Positions 1 to 13,529 of a stretch of DNA of 64,000 nt are shown one piece after another. This stretch comes from Lophium mytilinum (Eukaryota). The notes beneath the pieces are model-generated. The model was given only the letters and a program-made list of their open reading frames with translations, was not told the DNA's origin and ran no database searches. The position numbers and the translations under genes are program-made. The stretch lies in assembly GCA_010093605.1 (NCBI GenBank), contig MU004182.1, positions 1,273,032 to 1,337,031 on the forward strand. Direction: 5' to 3'. The stretch's first letter is position 1, and each line of letters starts with the position of its first letter.

Positions 1-660
1 CTTCGTAACTGGGCTGCTCCCTGCAGTGGTATCAAGCGAGTAAGAGAGGAGCTTTTGTAGAGAGATTTTCAATGTGCTGGAAGTTATGGCGAGAAATATG
101 ATGTAAGTTCGGCGCAGTGGATATTAGACTGCCTCTTGACTAGCCGGCGACACACTAGCTGAGCTACTCCTTACAGGGGTGAGGAGCGAACAAGAGTGGC
201 GCGTTTGTAGAGAGATTTCAATGTGCTGGAAGTTATAGCATGTTCGTGTAATGTAATTTTGAGGCAGTGGAAATCGAACTACCTCTTAGCTTGCCAGCGA
301 CACACTAGCTGGGCTACTCCTTACAGTGGTGTCAAGCGAGCGATAGGGAAGCTTTTATAGAGGTATATCTAAGGCGCTGAAATTCATGGCATATTCATGT
401 GATGTAAAATTTGAAGCTGTGGAAATCAGACTACCTTTTGGCCGACCGGCTATACTCTAGCTGGGCTGCTTCTTACAGTAGCGAGGGGCGAGCAAGAGTG
501 AAGGTTGAGTAGGGCAATATGCAATGTGCTAGAACTCATAGAATGTTTATATGATGTAAATTTAATGCAGTGGAAATCTGATTACCTCTTGACTGGCCGG
601 GTAACCGCTCGCTGGAACACTCCTCACATTGGTAAGAAGTGAGCAAGAGTAGAGCTCGAG
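1..660. repeat. Degenerate tandem array, ~150-bp unit, ~4.5 copies (may extend beyond window start)
   Basis: CTAGCTG(G/A)GCT(A/G)CTCC-like anchor recurs near 7, 155, 305, 457 and 609. AATGTGCT, ATGTAA and GTGGAAAT blocks recur at the same period. No long ORF. Confidence 0.85.
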
Positions 661-1090
661 CAGTGGCATACCCGTGTACACTGACTTATGACATATGATG
701 CTATATCAAAATCTGCGTACACTTTGTGGCGGTTGCGTGGGGAGATCTTATGCACTCAGGGATGCGAAGAAATAATGCTTCTACTTTTTTTTGAATATTC
801 ATAGATGACACCGTCTGAGGTGGCCTGGCAGAGTCTTAGGATGCTCCAAACGATTCACTTACGCCTACTTCAGTTTTTTCGAAAATGCATCAGGGGACCT
901 CAGACCGTGGCACCCAGGTGTACGCAGAACTGTTGCAGATGGAATTTATCGTTTTTGGTATTATTCCCGAGCCTCTTTGATAATTCGAGGGTCTCGTTAG
1001 CTAACGCCGTGTGTCTTTATAACAGACACCATGTGAATTAACTCTCCGCAGTGTGAGCCATTTCAGAAACCATTCCCAGAAGCCATCTCC

Positions 1091-1757
1091 TCAGAAGCCA
1101 CGTCCTCCACCGCGTCCACGCCCCCGGCCACCTCCGCCACCGCGACCACCACCCCGTCCTCCCCTGGGACCACCACGGCCGCCTCGTCCTCCCCTGTCAG
1201 CTGCCTCCTTCCGCGCCTTGTTCTTCGGTTTCGGCTGATCGTCCACGAGCAGCGTGTCTAGTGGGAGACTGTCGGGTAGGATGAAGTATCGGATGGTTGA
1301 GCCGCGTAGATTAATGGAATCGAGGGCGACTGGCTCACGGCCTTTCTGCGTCATTTTGACGGTTCGGAGGGCGGTGTTCATCTGAGGCGTAACAGAAGCG
1401 ATAGTGCCGTGGATGACAGTTCCTATAAACGCGGTTAGTCGCGCCGACACATCCAAAAGCCTTTACCTGAACAGGATTCGCTAGATTATATTAGTTGCCC
1501 ATGCGCTAGGCCTCGAGGTTGCGACCAAGGGCAGAACTGAAAGGTCCGGGAAACAAGTGGGCAGAAGACATGATAGAGCAGTATTACCATTCTTCAGTTC
1601 AATCGTGACTGTTTCGTTCGCGCACTTCATCAGGAATCTGAACACCAGAGTCGTCAGTCACAATTCGCATGTCGGCGGGGGAAGCCTGGGGTAGAAAGCT
1701 CAGCTTGGGCGCCGCCTATGGAACAGCAGAGTGGGTAACTTGCCGTACGAGCTTCAT
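1091..1757 (-). CDS. SMD1: Small nuclear ribonucleoprotein Sm D1 (3 exons: 1744-1757, 1588-1637, 1091-1422)
   Basis: Spliced translation [46 protein letters not shown]...[16 protein letters not shown] plus an RG-rich tail. Intron 1 is GC-AG. Confidence 0.97.
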
Positions 1758-2191
1758 GGTGACCTCTACTTCTCTTCGAAGCTCTTCTCGTCCTCGCGGA
1801 GTGGTGTTTTGGTTGTGTGATGGAGGTGAGGGCGGTGTGGTGAGGTGGAGGGGAGCTTGCGCGAGAGTCGCGGTGATTTTGATGTTGGCGGGTCGGGTGG
1901 TATTTTATCCGGTTATAGATTAGCGTGGTGAGTCACTAGTATATTACAGTCTTCACCACGCTCCGCGATATTCAATGCAACAACATTTAGGTTGGTAGGG
2001 GAAGGATTATTGATAATTCCTGATCTAATATTCCAGCAGCACTTCGGCCTGACACGGAATAGAATAGCACAATGCTTTCTGCACCGCGATCCGATCTTTC
2101 TAGCCACCTCCATCCCTCAATTCATCGACAAGACCTCTTTCTTATGAACCCCACAAGACCCGGCGCTTCCTCTCTAGCATCATGCCACCCT

Positions 2192-2743
2192 TCAAGAACC
2201 TGTCTCGGACTCCGCCACCTGCGACAAAGCCAGCCAATCCTCAACCTTTTTCTTCGCCTTCAAGTCCACTACACAAAACTGCGCCGGGCCCCTCTCCCCT
2301 TCTCCATTAACAACCTTCGGGAGCTCTTCCAGTCCTGCGACCTGCCTAACTTTCTCCGCGCTCTCCAGCAAACCCCCCAGTCGAAGAACAAATGCCTGCT
2401 CCTCCGTCCCGTCCGCAGTAGTAATCGTGATGGTCGTTGACTGCTCCCTCAACACCTTCCCCAGACCCAGCGAATGCTCATAGCTCTCGCGATCATGGCC
2501 AGCTGCTTCGCGAGAGGCGCGCACGAGCTCCCAGTGAGCGTCAGAGATGCGGGTGCGCGTCAGGTCGAGGCGTTGAACGTTGATAAGCTCGATTGCTTGC
2601 TGGCGGTTGTAGTGGAAAAGACGTTGCCAACGAGCGATGGTTACGGGAGCTGGGTAATTGAAGGCTTCTTGGGCGTCCGTGGATAAGGCCGCGTTGGCGA
2701 GACGGTTCAGTTCCGCTATGGAGTCGAGGTCGAAGTCTGACAT
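2192..2743 (-). CDS. Hypothetical protein (183 aa); resembles the N-terminal part of fungal AIG2/GGCT-associated proteins
   Basis: Intact ATG ORF with ARWQRLF...ISDAHWELVR...DRESYEH motif. The family resemblance is from recall and is unverified. Confidence 0.6.
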   Translation of the reverse strand: MSDFDLDSIAELNRLANAALSTDAQEAFNYPAPVTIARWQRLFHYNRQQAIELINVQRLDLTRTRISDAHWELVRASREAAGHDRESYEHSLGLGKVLREQSTTITITTADGTEEQAFVLRLGGLLESAEKVRQVAGLEELPKVVNGEGERGPAQFCVVDLKAKKKVEDWLALSQVAESETGS

Positions 2744-4849
2744 CAGAGCATAGAGAGGTTTGTACTAGACCGCAAAAGGGCTTATCGTTTCTCTGACAAG
2801 AGTTTAGGTTGTTGAAATGAGAAGTGACGTCCTGGCAGCTTCTTCACATAGTCTTGGTAGTGTTGACGTGTCTAGCTGTGTTTTAAATGTGGAGAAAATC
2901 TACCACCAGTCAAAACCTTTGCGAAAATGCGATCAAGCTTTGGTTCAAGTAAGTTAGAAGAGGACTGCTCGAGACTAGTCCTTCAAAGTTCCGTTTCTGG
3001 GCTACACTGGACTTTATCATCCTCTGGAATGTGGCTGTGAGAATGACTAGGTAAGCTCAGGCTCGATGAGTCATGCGGTCAGTTTGAAGCCATCGTCAAG
3101 CCACCAGAGACAGCCATTACAAATGAATCACAGGAAGCTTTCAATTAGTCTAGCATGATTGAACCAGGCCTTGGAAATGGTCTAGCAGCCTTTCTGGGAG
3201 AGGTTTTGGACTCTTCGAGGACTGTCTCACGACCTTCCCTATTTAGCGCCAAACTATTATATACGCTTGTGTGTAGTAGGTTCAGTCTCGTTCAAGGATC
3301 AGTCTCATTCGCGCACTCAGGCATCTCACATTTGGCTTATTTCCGGATACCACGCTGGAGTATTATTGATCGAAGCCAAAAAAAAACCCCAATTGCGAGA
3401 GTTCGAAGCTTGTCCGTTTCTCACATTCAAGCAATTTAGATCCTTTCGAGCGTGTGTGCAATGCACTGAAGCACTCTAAGTGGTAACGAATGAATGTATA
3501 CATGATCTTACCTAGGCACTGTATCATTTCCTTTTCATTCTACTTCATCTTTCTTTGCGCGATGACATTTTCGAGAGTGATGGCGGACTTTGATGACATC
3601 CGCCTCACTCTGCTATGGCATATTAATCAGGAAGCCGGGGGTGCGAATGAAGGATAGTACGTGAAAGGCCAAGTAAGAATTACCCGGCAAACCATCCACC
3701 AAATTATGCTCATCTAGCCAATTCTCGCATCTTGAAGTTGTCATCCATAAGCTTCTCTGCGATGCTGTAGGCATTGGATATTATATTGATATCCTCGTCC
3801 CCTCAGGTCTCAGGGGCGTCGTCAAAAGCCGTAAGCACTTGGATAGCCTGTCGAATTCTCTGCGTGCTCTTGATATTGAAATGTACGCACACTTTTGACG
3901 AATCGTTGTACGGGTTGGCATGAAGTAAAAACCTTGCTGCTGTTTCGTCACTGGGCACATACTACCGCTTAGCATGATCCCCATCTACGGAAAAACTCTT
4001 TGGGGGCCTAGGGACGCGGAAGGAAGAGAAATCATGAGTAGAATGATGAAATGTAGCTATATGCTCAACCCTTGATACTAGTTGAATTCGACCATGGTTC
4101 GTTACGTACCAACCGGAAACGACATTTTTCTATGAAACGACTAACATATTGACACAGAATTTTGGACTATAAATTTCAATCTACTTTTTGTGCTTAGCTT
4201 TCCAGAATTTCATAAGATGTACCGCCTCAACTTGCCTTACCGCAGCAATCAACGCGGCGGCAATTACCACTACAGTCCAAGATCCCGGTCTATACAAGCA
4301 CGACAACTTTACTCGATCCAGTATGAACTAGTCTTCTTCGTTTTCTTCGTTCATCCTAATGAGACTTTTACGACGCATCGGCGCTGCCAAGTTTTCGAAT
4401 TCTATAGTCTGCACAGCTTTCCCCCTATCATAGCTGTCAGGGAGTAGCGGTGAAGGCCACGGCAGGCACGTGTTACCTCTTGTATATAGCCTCACCTTCC
4501 TCCAGACCTCTCTCTCTCCCACATCATCATTTATCCAATACATCAAATACACGGTCCTACAGCTCCTTGTTCCGTGACAATAGCACTACCACTCCAAGCG
4601 TTTCATATAGGTTACAAAGGAAGAGGATGTTTCCGTTGCGTCAGATTCATCTAAGGTTGATTCGACTTGCTAATGCTTGACAGAAACATGATGGCGAACC
4701 AAAGTGTGGGAAGATATCCTGACGCTCATTCGCACGTACCTCCTGTATCTGCCGGTCACTTTCAGGCCTCAACACAAAGCGCACGAGATTATCGCATCCT
4801 TCCCAACAAAGCTGAGAAGTAAGTCAGTCCATGTACTCCACATTCGTTT

Positions 4850-5434
4850 CCGAGTAGTGCCTCAACGTAGCTTTAGAGCTCCTCACAACATACAAAAGGG
4901 CCTTGCTTACTACAAGCAGGATCAACGGCCCGGTCATTTCAGTGGGCCGGAACACAAGAAGATTCAAGAGAGATTAAGCTGCCTGAAGACGACCCTGACA
5001 CTTTCCGATGCTACACGCAATGGGTTTACTGCAAGACTATACCCGTCCAGAGCGACAACACCTCTGGTCCAGACATCGCGGCCAGGTACATGAAGTTCGT
5101 GAAAGCATATATCCTAGGGGACAAACTGTTGGACGACGCCTTCAAGAACGCGGTTCTTCGTGGGATGATTGCTACATCTCAAATCCTCGCTTCGGACTCT
5201 GAGTGTAGGATCTTCCCATCCTCTAACGTGATATGGACGTTGTATGAGGGCACACTAGAAGGCTCACGGGCTCGGCTTCTTTTTGTAGACTTCTATACTT
5301 GGAACGCCGATGAGTCATGGGAGACACATCTGCAGACGTGTCCTGCAGAATTTCTGTTTGACTTGGCAATATCCTCAGCAAAGGACAGACCTAGGCCAGG
5401 AGGATATCAACCTTGGGAGAGGTATCTTAATTAG
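4850..5434 (+). pseudogene. BTB/POZ-domain protein with a degenerate or frameshifted 5' part
   Basis: In frame upstream of the 5090 ORF is EIKLPEDDPDTFRCYTQWVY, followed by KAYILGDKLLDDAFKNAV and TLYEGTLEGSRARLLFVD, typical of fungal BTB proteins. This frame hits a stop near 4856 with no ATG before the domain. Confidence 0.6.
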
Positions 5435-5744
5435 TCCTCCATACGATCAAGGTTGATGCTTAGTGAGAAAGAAGGGTTTATAGCTACCACAGTAGACATC
5501 TGAATACTCCAACCAATGATTGAAGGGGCATTCAGGCGTCTGGCATGGTCATACAAAGTTAACCTCCTGGACATCATGTAGCAAATCTACATCATGACTC
5601 CATCTTTAGCTTTTTGAGCTTCGTGTTATTTGCTATTTTGATTGAATGCACTTTGAAGGTAGAAGGCCTTTGAAGCTTTTGTGGTTTTGCCATGAATCCA
5701 TGGCGTCGAATACTGCTACGAAGAGTATCGTAAATGCCCTTCGA

Positions 5745-6340
5745 TCATGCGGCTATGGCAGTCTGTTGTGCTTGCTGAGCCTGAGACTGTATTTGAATTA
5801 TCTGTTTCAAATGATCAGCCGATTTAATTGCTACGCTGAAGTCTCCGCATACCTCCGCCTTCAGCTTCTCTGCTCGCTGCTGAATGTCTGATATTTGCTT
5901 CTCGAATCGTTTGCTTCGTCCCGTGTTAGCGACCATGATCTCAGCCACTAGAAGTACTGCACAAGCTCACATCTCCTTGTCGATAAACTCCAATCGTCCG
6001 TCAACAGCCATTACGGCTTCAGTCTTGTCTTGCTTTAGGAGTACTGGGCCGATTTGCTTGTATATGTTTGCCTCATCGTCGAGTTTGGCGAACTCCTGCA
6101 ATTTTCTGTGAGACCTTGTACTATCTCTACTTCGACTACGAGAGATCAACCTGCTGGACGCCTGCGTTCTCCTGCTGCTGTGATTCTAGCTTCTGGCGCG
6201 CATCGATAGCGGACGAAAGCTCTGCATGTTGATTAGCTCGCTGACAAACGTTGTGTAATGCGGAGAGGATTCGACAGACCTCCCTGAATCTTCTGGTAGT
6301 CGTCGGAAAGCTCCTGCAGCTTCTTCTGCTTGTCACCCAT
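5745..6340 (-). CDS. YKE2: Prefoldin subunit 6 (multi-exon)
   Basis: Exons give MGDKQKKLQELSDDYQKIQ / ELSSAIDARQKLESQQQEN / EFAKLDDEANIYKQIGPVLLKQDKTEAVMAVDGRLEFI / KRFEKQISDIQ. Confidence 0.93.
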
Positions 6341-6714
6341 GTTGAGAGTGGAAGTTGAAACAAAGTGGTGGTTTGGAGAGATAGATCGCGTTGCCGTGCC
6401 TTAGCGCGGGGTGAACATGAATCGCAGTGATGTCGGGGCAAATCCCAGCTCCATCAACAACAAATCGCATTCTACCCCCCGGGCGTCATTCACCATTTAC
6501 GCCGTAGTACAACGCTATATAGAGAATTACTACTGCAGACCTGCCCATCCTCTACCTCGCATTCGCCGCGATCAAAGCGTTGCCCCGCCAGAGCTATCTC
6601 CCTTGGTCCCGCTTCAAGGCCACCACCGCTCAATCGCACTTCCTCCACCCACGATTCGAGAAGTCGTTTCGAGACACATACACTTGATTCTGTTGGGAGG
6701 CTTTCGCAGACAGC

Positions 6715-8306
6715 ATGAGCAGTACAGACTTCCTGGGGCGGGCGATCGAGTCGGTGAAGAAGGCGATCGAGACAGATACCGCTGGGGAGTATGAGAAGGC
6801 ATACCAGATGTACTACTCGTCCTGTGAGTCAACTTGAACCCTAAGAAGAAAGACATACGAGCACAGCTCTGACTATATACAGTGGAGCTGTTTATGCTCG
6901 CCTTAAAATGTTAGTGATCCTCACTTTCGGTGTTAGCACCATCCTAATCGCATACCGTAGGGGAGAAGAACAACAAGTCGAAGGAGATGATTCGGGCGAA
7001 GGTGGCAGAATACATGGCACGAGCAGAGAAGCTGAAGAAGCACTTGGAAGAGAACGACAAGGGAAATCGCAAGAAGCCGAGTGCTGTGGGAGCCAATGGG
7101 AAGGTCACCTCTGGAAGTGGGAAGGGAAAGTGAGTCAATTTGGGATTGTGGAAGCTATTACTTCCTCGGACGGTGCTGACATGCGCCTCTCAGGGGTGAC
7201 GACGAAGACGAAGAGCAGGACCCAGAGTCTAAGAAGCTCAGAAATGCACTACAAGGTGCTGTCCTCTCAGAGAAGCCGAACATCAAGTGGGAAGACGTCG
7301 CAGGTCTAGATGCAGCAAAGGAGGCACTGAAGGAGGCCGTCATATTGCCCATAAAGTTTCCGCATCTCTTCACCGGCAAGCGTCAACCATGGAAAGGTAT
7401 CCTGCTATACGGACCACCTGGTACGGGTAAGAGTTATCTGGCAAAAGCAGTGGCAACAGAGGCGAATAGCACGTTCTTCAGCGTCAGCAGTTCCGATCTA
7501 GTGTCGAAGTGGATGGGAGAGAGTGAACGGTAAGCTGCATATTTATACCCTATGAAGTATCCTGCTGAACATTTCTTAGGTTGGTAAAACAGCTGTTTGG
7601 TATGGCGCGAGAGAACAAACCTTCCATCATCTTTATCGACGAAATCGACGCTCTGTGTGGGCCCCGAGGAGAGGGCGAATCTGAGGCATCAAGACGTATC
7701 AAGACAGAACTACTAGTCCAAATGGACGGTGTGGGCAAGGATTCAAAGGGGGTCTTGATTCTCGGCGCAACGAACATCCCGTGGCAACTTGATGCCGCTA
7801 TCCGTCGCCGTTTCCAGAGACGTGTACATATCAGTCTCCCAGATTCTCCGGCTCGGAGGAAGATGTTCGAGCTTGCGGTGGGCAATACCCCTTGCGAGCT
7901 AGCTCAGCAGGACTACGCAAAGCTGGCCGAGTTGAGCGAAGGATACTCTGGTAGCGACATAAGTATCGCAGTTCAGGATGCGCTCATGCAACCGGTTCGA
8001 CTCATCCAGACAGCGACGCATTACAAGAAGGTAAGATCGCTTTTTGATTACTTCAGCAATTCGTCTAGCTAACTTTCGACGCAGGTCTCGGTGGAAGGCG
8101 TAGAGAAGTGGACGCCGTGTTCTCCAGGAGACAGGGGAGCAGTGGAGAAGTCCTGGACAGAGATAGAGTCGGACGAACTACTGGAGCCTGCGCTGAAAGT
8201 GAAGGACTTCATCAAGGCCATCAAAGCTTCGAGGCCGACTGTCAGTAAGGAGGACCTGGACAGGAATTCCGACTGGACCAAAGAGTTTGGCAGCGAAGGT
8301 GCTTAG
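6715..8306 (+). CDS. VPS4: AAA ATPase Vps4 (multi-exon)
   Basis: MIT domain [11 protein letters not shown]...YEKAYQMY, Walker A GPPGTGKS, Walker [18 protein letters not shown] and the Vps4 C-terminus WTPCSPGD...WTKEFGSEG. Confidence 0.98.
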
Positions 8307-8716
8307 GCATAGTGTAAACAGGAAGATAGTAGTTCTTGGTTCTGGCGCATTGCTTCGATGACATGAATTGAGCGGGCTATTGGCGTCTTGGCAACTATAT
8401 AGTATTCTGATAATGGACGGTTCGAATGCTACAAATTCTCCGCATTGTTCACATAGCAGCAATTGCTCGTTGGCTAGTCTTGTGACACGTGAGAAGCTCT
8501 CAATAAGATCGAAAGATTCGCGTCTATTGATCGACCGTGCTGCCGGATATATCACGACATCAGCTATGGCCCTTTGATGGAAGGCAGCAACAACCCAAAC
8601 CCTACTCCGCATACCCTCCTGTTCATTCGTATATTCCCGCAGACTATTCTTCAAGCAATGACCTCACCTAGTTACTGATACTTTTAAAACAAATTGACCC
8701 ATCAGAGACATTGAAG

Positions 8717-10572
8717 ATGTCGTTGCTCAGAACCACTCTGCTGACGTTGGCTTGCGGACTCCCGTTCTCTAATTCTCTTCACAACCACAATGAAGCTTCA
8801 CAGAAGCTCGAGGGCCTTCGTACAGCCTCAAAGAAAGTCGCTATCATCGGTAAGCTCCTCTTCTTCCTAGACCTAGCTTGTCGGCTTGGGAGCTTCACAG
8901 CACCTCCGAAACCCCCGCATCACCCGTTGAGCTCCTTGAATTGACCCCAACAGGTGCCGGAGCTGGCGGAGCATCTGCAGCATACCATTTACGACAAAAC
9001 GCCCTCGAACGCGACCTCGATGTCGACATCACCGTCTTCGAACGCTCTGCCTACGTGGGCGGCCGTTCCACCACTGTTTACGCCTGGGACGCCCCCAATG
9101 TCCCCATCGAACTCGGCGCCTCCATATTCGTATCCGTGAACAGTATTCTAGTCGATGCTGTCAATAAATTCAACCTATCCATCGATAACGAAGACTCGCT
9201 GCGGACAGAGAACAGCCCCGAGCTAGGCATCTGGAACGGAGACGAGTTTGTGTTGCAGACACCGGCGCACAATGGGTGGTGGGACATCGCGAAACTGCTC
9301 TGGCGGTACGGGCTGGCGCCTATCAAGACGAACAGGCTCATGAAATCGACCGTGGGGAAGTTCTTGAAGATGTACGAGGAGCCCCAGTTCCCGTTTGCGT
9401 CGCTCACCGACGTGGTGTATGATATAGGGCTGGCACCTGTCACGGCTAGTACGGGAGAACAATACTTGAAGGAGAATGGCATTGGGGATAAGTTTGCGAA
9501 CGAGATCATTCAGGCCAGGTACGTTTTGTTGGAGCTTGAGTATCGAGTGTTTGGTGGCACATGGCTAACGTATCGCAGCACTCGAGTCAACTACGCACAG
9601 AACCTCCCACTCATACACGGTTTAGAGGCCATGGTCTGTATGGCCACCGATGGTGCTATGGCTGTCGAGGGCGGTAACTGGCAGATCTTCGACAACATGG
9701 TGCAAGCCTCAAAAGCGGACGTTCGATTAAACACTACAGTACAAACCATCTCGAAGCAATCTGACGGCACCTACATCTTGGATTCCGCATCTGCCTCGAG
9801 CGAGGAACTTTCAAATAACGGAGAAGCGTTCGATGATATCATCCTCGCCACTCCTTACCAATTCTCCAACATCAAGTTCTCTCCCGAGCCAAAACACACT
9901 CCTGACGCCATTCCTTATGTTCGCCTCCACGTAACCCTTTTTGCGTCTCCCTTTACCCTCAGCCCCAAAGCTTTCAATCTGGAACCAAGCGCCGTTGTCC
10001 CCACCTTCATCCTCACTACTCTACCACCCGACGAATCGGTTGGCACGGATCCTAACGGCGTTGGCAAGCCCGGCTTCTTCAGCATCAGCAACGTTGCCGA
10101 GTCCTGGAACCCCACTACCGGTGCTCCAGAGTACATCTACAAAATCTTCAGCCCCGCGCGAATCAACTCGACCTTTTTGTCGCATATCCTCGGTACTGCA
10201 CCACCTGACCAGGGAGTCGAGGACCTGGGCCAAGAGTTTGTGAGCTGGATTTACAGGAAGGAGTGGAACAGCTATCCGTATGAGTATCCACGCGTCACTT
10301 TTGAGGAAATCAAGCTCGATGAGGGGCTGTGGTATACGAGTGGGATAGAGTCATTCATCAGCACGATGGAGACGAGTGCGCTGATGGGGAAGAATGTGGC
10401 TAGGTTGGTTGTGGATGCGTGGGCGAAGGCGGAGGCCAATGGAGAGAAGATAGTAGAAGGGAAGCCGATGCCGAAGCCGAAGGGCGGACCGGCTAAGATT
10501 CAAGCCATCTTGGAGGCGAGCAAGGAGAGGGAGAGGGAGAAGGAGGAGGCTGAGGAGGGGCAAGACTTGTGA
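8717..10572 (+). CDS. Prenylcysteine oxidase / farnesylcysteine lyase
   Basis: Signal peptide, spliced VAIIG/AGAGGASAAY FAD motif, IELGASIFV, STRVNYAQN and ESFISTMETSALMGKNVARL. Confidence 0.93.
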
Positions 10573-11104
10573 ACTGGTACACCTGCGGGCAGGATGATGA
10601 TGAACTAAGCCGGGAGGTACATGGTTCCTGTTTACCTAGACTTCTTATGAATGCAAAAGAAAGTAATGACGAAGATTGGTAAAACATCTTGGTATGATCC
10701 TCAGCCATTTTGGCTTGTAGTTATATAGATTGTATGAACTGTCACATGCGATGCTCTAGGGTGGCTATTTAGCAGCTTTCGTCTGCTAGCGAACGTGAAT
10801 TGGACTATAAAAGGACTGTACAGGGTGAGCATGGTGAACTTGAGGTACTTTCTTGATATGAAAGTACTTCCGCGGTTTACTTAGTAATGACGTGTCTTGT
10901 TGGTGGTGGTCACGTAAAACAACCCACCCCGGACTCAGCCGACGCGACCTTGAAAGAGCTGTCGTGGCTTCAACAACTCCGGTTACGCCACTTGTCCAAA
11001 CACACCCATCCGACCGCTTTCGTGCGCAGTGAGGCCGTAACTGGCTTTCTGATGGAGCGTATCTGCCATTCTTTTGCTTGACGGTCCCAACATCCGCCTG
11101 CGCC

Positions 11105-13529
11105 ATGATGTCGCGATACACCATCTACGTCGGAGTAAGCGACAGCTCCCCTCAATAGCTCAGTCTTTGATCCGATACTGACTTCCTCAATTTCTAGGCC
11201 TCCACACTCCTGGCAAATGCTGTCCTCTTCCGCGCATACTATGAACGCCCGAACTTCTACTCCGCCGCCGTCTACATATCACAGAGCAATGGCTCGGTCA
11301 TGGTTTGTCTTCCGGAGCCCAGGAATCAAGACGAGATACAGAGTACTAATCGCGCGCCTAGCTCCTGGTCAATCTCGCCCTCATATGCTGCCTCAGCTTC
11401 GGATATGGCCTCCAAAGGCTTCTCTACGGCCCTCTTCGCCCAATCGAAACCGAACAACTCTATGACAAAGCCTGGTTTGCGGTCAGCGAGACACTGCTGG
11501 CAATGACCATATTCCGAGATGATATTGGGTTCTCATTCTTTGTCATGTTCCTATGCCTCCTCGGCGGCAAGGTCTGGCAATGGATTGGTGAAGGTCGCGT
11601 AGAGTTCTTGGAACAGCAGCCGCCCGCCAACCCCCGCCTCTTCCACTCCCGCCTCTCGGTGTCATTGTTATTGTCGGTGGTGTTTGACATCTTCATGGTG
11701 CAGTATTGCCTTGATGCTATCCTGCGAGAAGCTCGTCCCGGAATGATGGTCATGTTCGCTTTTGAATATGTTCTCCTGGCCATTGTCTCGGTGTCTACCC
11801 TCCTCCGATATGTCCTTTCCCTCGTCGAGATGTTGGTCATCCACCGCCAAACTAAGGCCAGGGACGAGTCTCGCAGATTAGCGACAGAAGAGGCGCAGCG
11901 ACAGGCGCAAGCCGGTGCAGATGGTCAGGCCGGTACCGCCGCCGATGCTCCAGCTGCTGTTGACGAGGATGATGAGGATGACGAGGATGTTCCTGGATGG
12001 GAAGAAAAGGGTCGTTGGGTCTTCTACCTTGACCTGACTACTGGTGAGTGACGTTTTCTTGTCGCCCGGTACATTCGGCTAACAGTGCAGTAGATTTCAT
12101 CAAGTCGGTGGTGTACTGTGGCTTCTTTACGATTCTCATAGCATTCCACGGAATACCCATTCATATCATGCGCGACCTCTTCTTCACTATTCGATCATTT
12201 CTCAAGAGGATCCACGACTTCGTGCAATATCGGAACGCAACTAAAGATATGAACTCTCGTTACCCAGATGCAACTGTCGAGCAGCTTGCCAACGAGAACA
12301 CTTGCATTGTCTGCCGCGAGGAGATGCGGCCCTGGGTTGAGCCTGGCGCAGAAGGAGCTCGTCCAGGCCGACGAATGGATGAAAGACAGCGACCTAAGAA
12401 GTTACCTTGTGGCCACATTCTCCACTTTGGCTGTCTACGCAGTTGGCTCGAAAGACAACAAGTTTGTCCGACTTGCAGGCGGCCGGTCCTCGCGGATGCG
12501 AATACGCCGCGTGCTCCACAAGCGAATCAGGGTAATGCAGGAGCTCAAGGGAATCAAGCGCAGCAAAATCCACCGAACGACTTACAAAATCTCTTGAACA
12601 GATTAGGAGGCCGACCGGCCAACCAGCCGCAAAATGGACAGAACGGACAGCCAGGAGGACAGATAATTCGAGCGAACAACGTGCGAACTTGGAATCTTGG
12701 GCCTTTCAGACTGGTGATTGGGAATGTGGCCGTTCCGCCAGCAGCCAACAATGCTCAGAACAGACCGCCAACACAGCAACACAACGCGCCATTAAACGCC
12801 CTCCTACACCAAGGCCAACCAATAAATGGCATGCTTGGTGTAAACAACGGCGACGTTCAAACAGACATCTTGCGTATCCAGGAGAACATCATCAATTCCA
12901 TCCGGCAGCTTCACGCCCAGCATGGCCAACTTGAGCAATTGCAAGCCCTACTCGCGCAACTTAACTCGCTCCAGCAGGCGAATGGTGGACCAGCGAACGT
13001 TCAACTTCCCAACATCCAACCTTTGAACGCGAATTGGGGTCCAGCTGGAGCTCAACGGGCGTATCTCCCTGTGGAAGGACAAGCAGCAATGGGGCCCGGC
13101 CATTCGGATCTCCCGGAAGGACTCACACTTCCACCAGGATATACTTTGCGACGGATGGCGCCCGTGCCAACTCCCACTGAGGTCCCGAGCACGTTGTCAT
13201 CTGCCCCGGCGCCACAGAGGGCACCTTCGGACCATATCCGACGTGCGCTCTACCCTGAAGCTCATCAGAACAACAATCCGCAAATCAGCCAGGGATCCCG
13301 GGCACCAAGTCCTGGCGTCAGCGGGTCGACACAAAACAACGTGTCTCCTAGCACTACTGCTAATGCAGACGGGCCGGCTCAGGGCACGCATCCAGGGTTC
13401 GTGCCGTCCGGTTGGAGCTTTGGAGACACCTCTGCTGCTAGTGCTCAAGCGGAGGGCTCGTCGAGCAGCAGTACTCAAAGCGCTCCTCGTCAGGCTACGG
13501 TGGAAGACTCGGAGGATCGAAATGAATGA
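11105..13529 (+). CDS. HRD1: ERAD E3 ubiquitin ligase Hrd1 (multi-exon)
   Basis: RPNFYSAAVYISQSN, AMTIFRDD, WEEKGRWVFYLDL and RING-H2 CIVCREEM...LPCGHILHFGCLRSWLERQQVCPTCR. Confidence 0.97.

Noticed and set aside
1053..1238. Pro/Arg-rich ORF
   Set aside because: Antisense of the SmD1 RG-rich tail.
2800..4700. Short ORFs between the 183-aa gene and the BTB relic
   Set aside because: No recognisable motifs or consistent exon chain.
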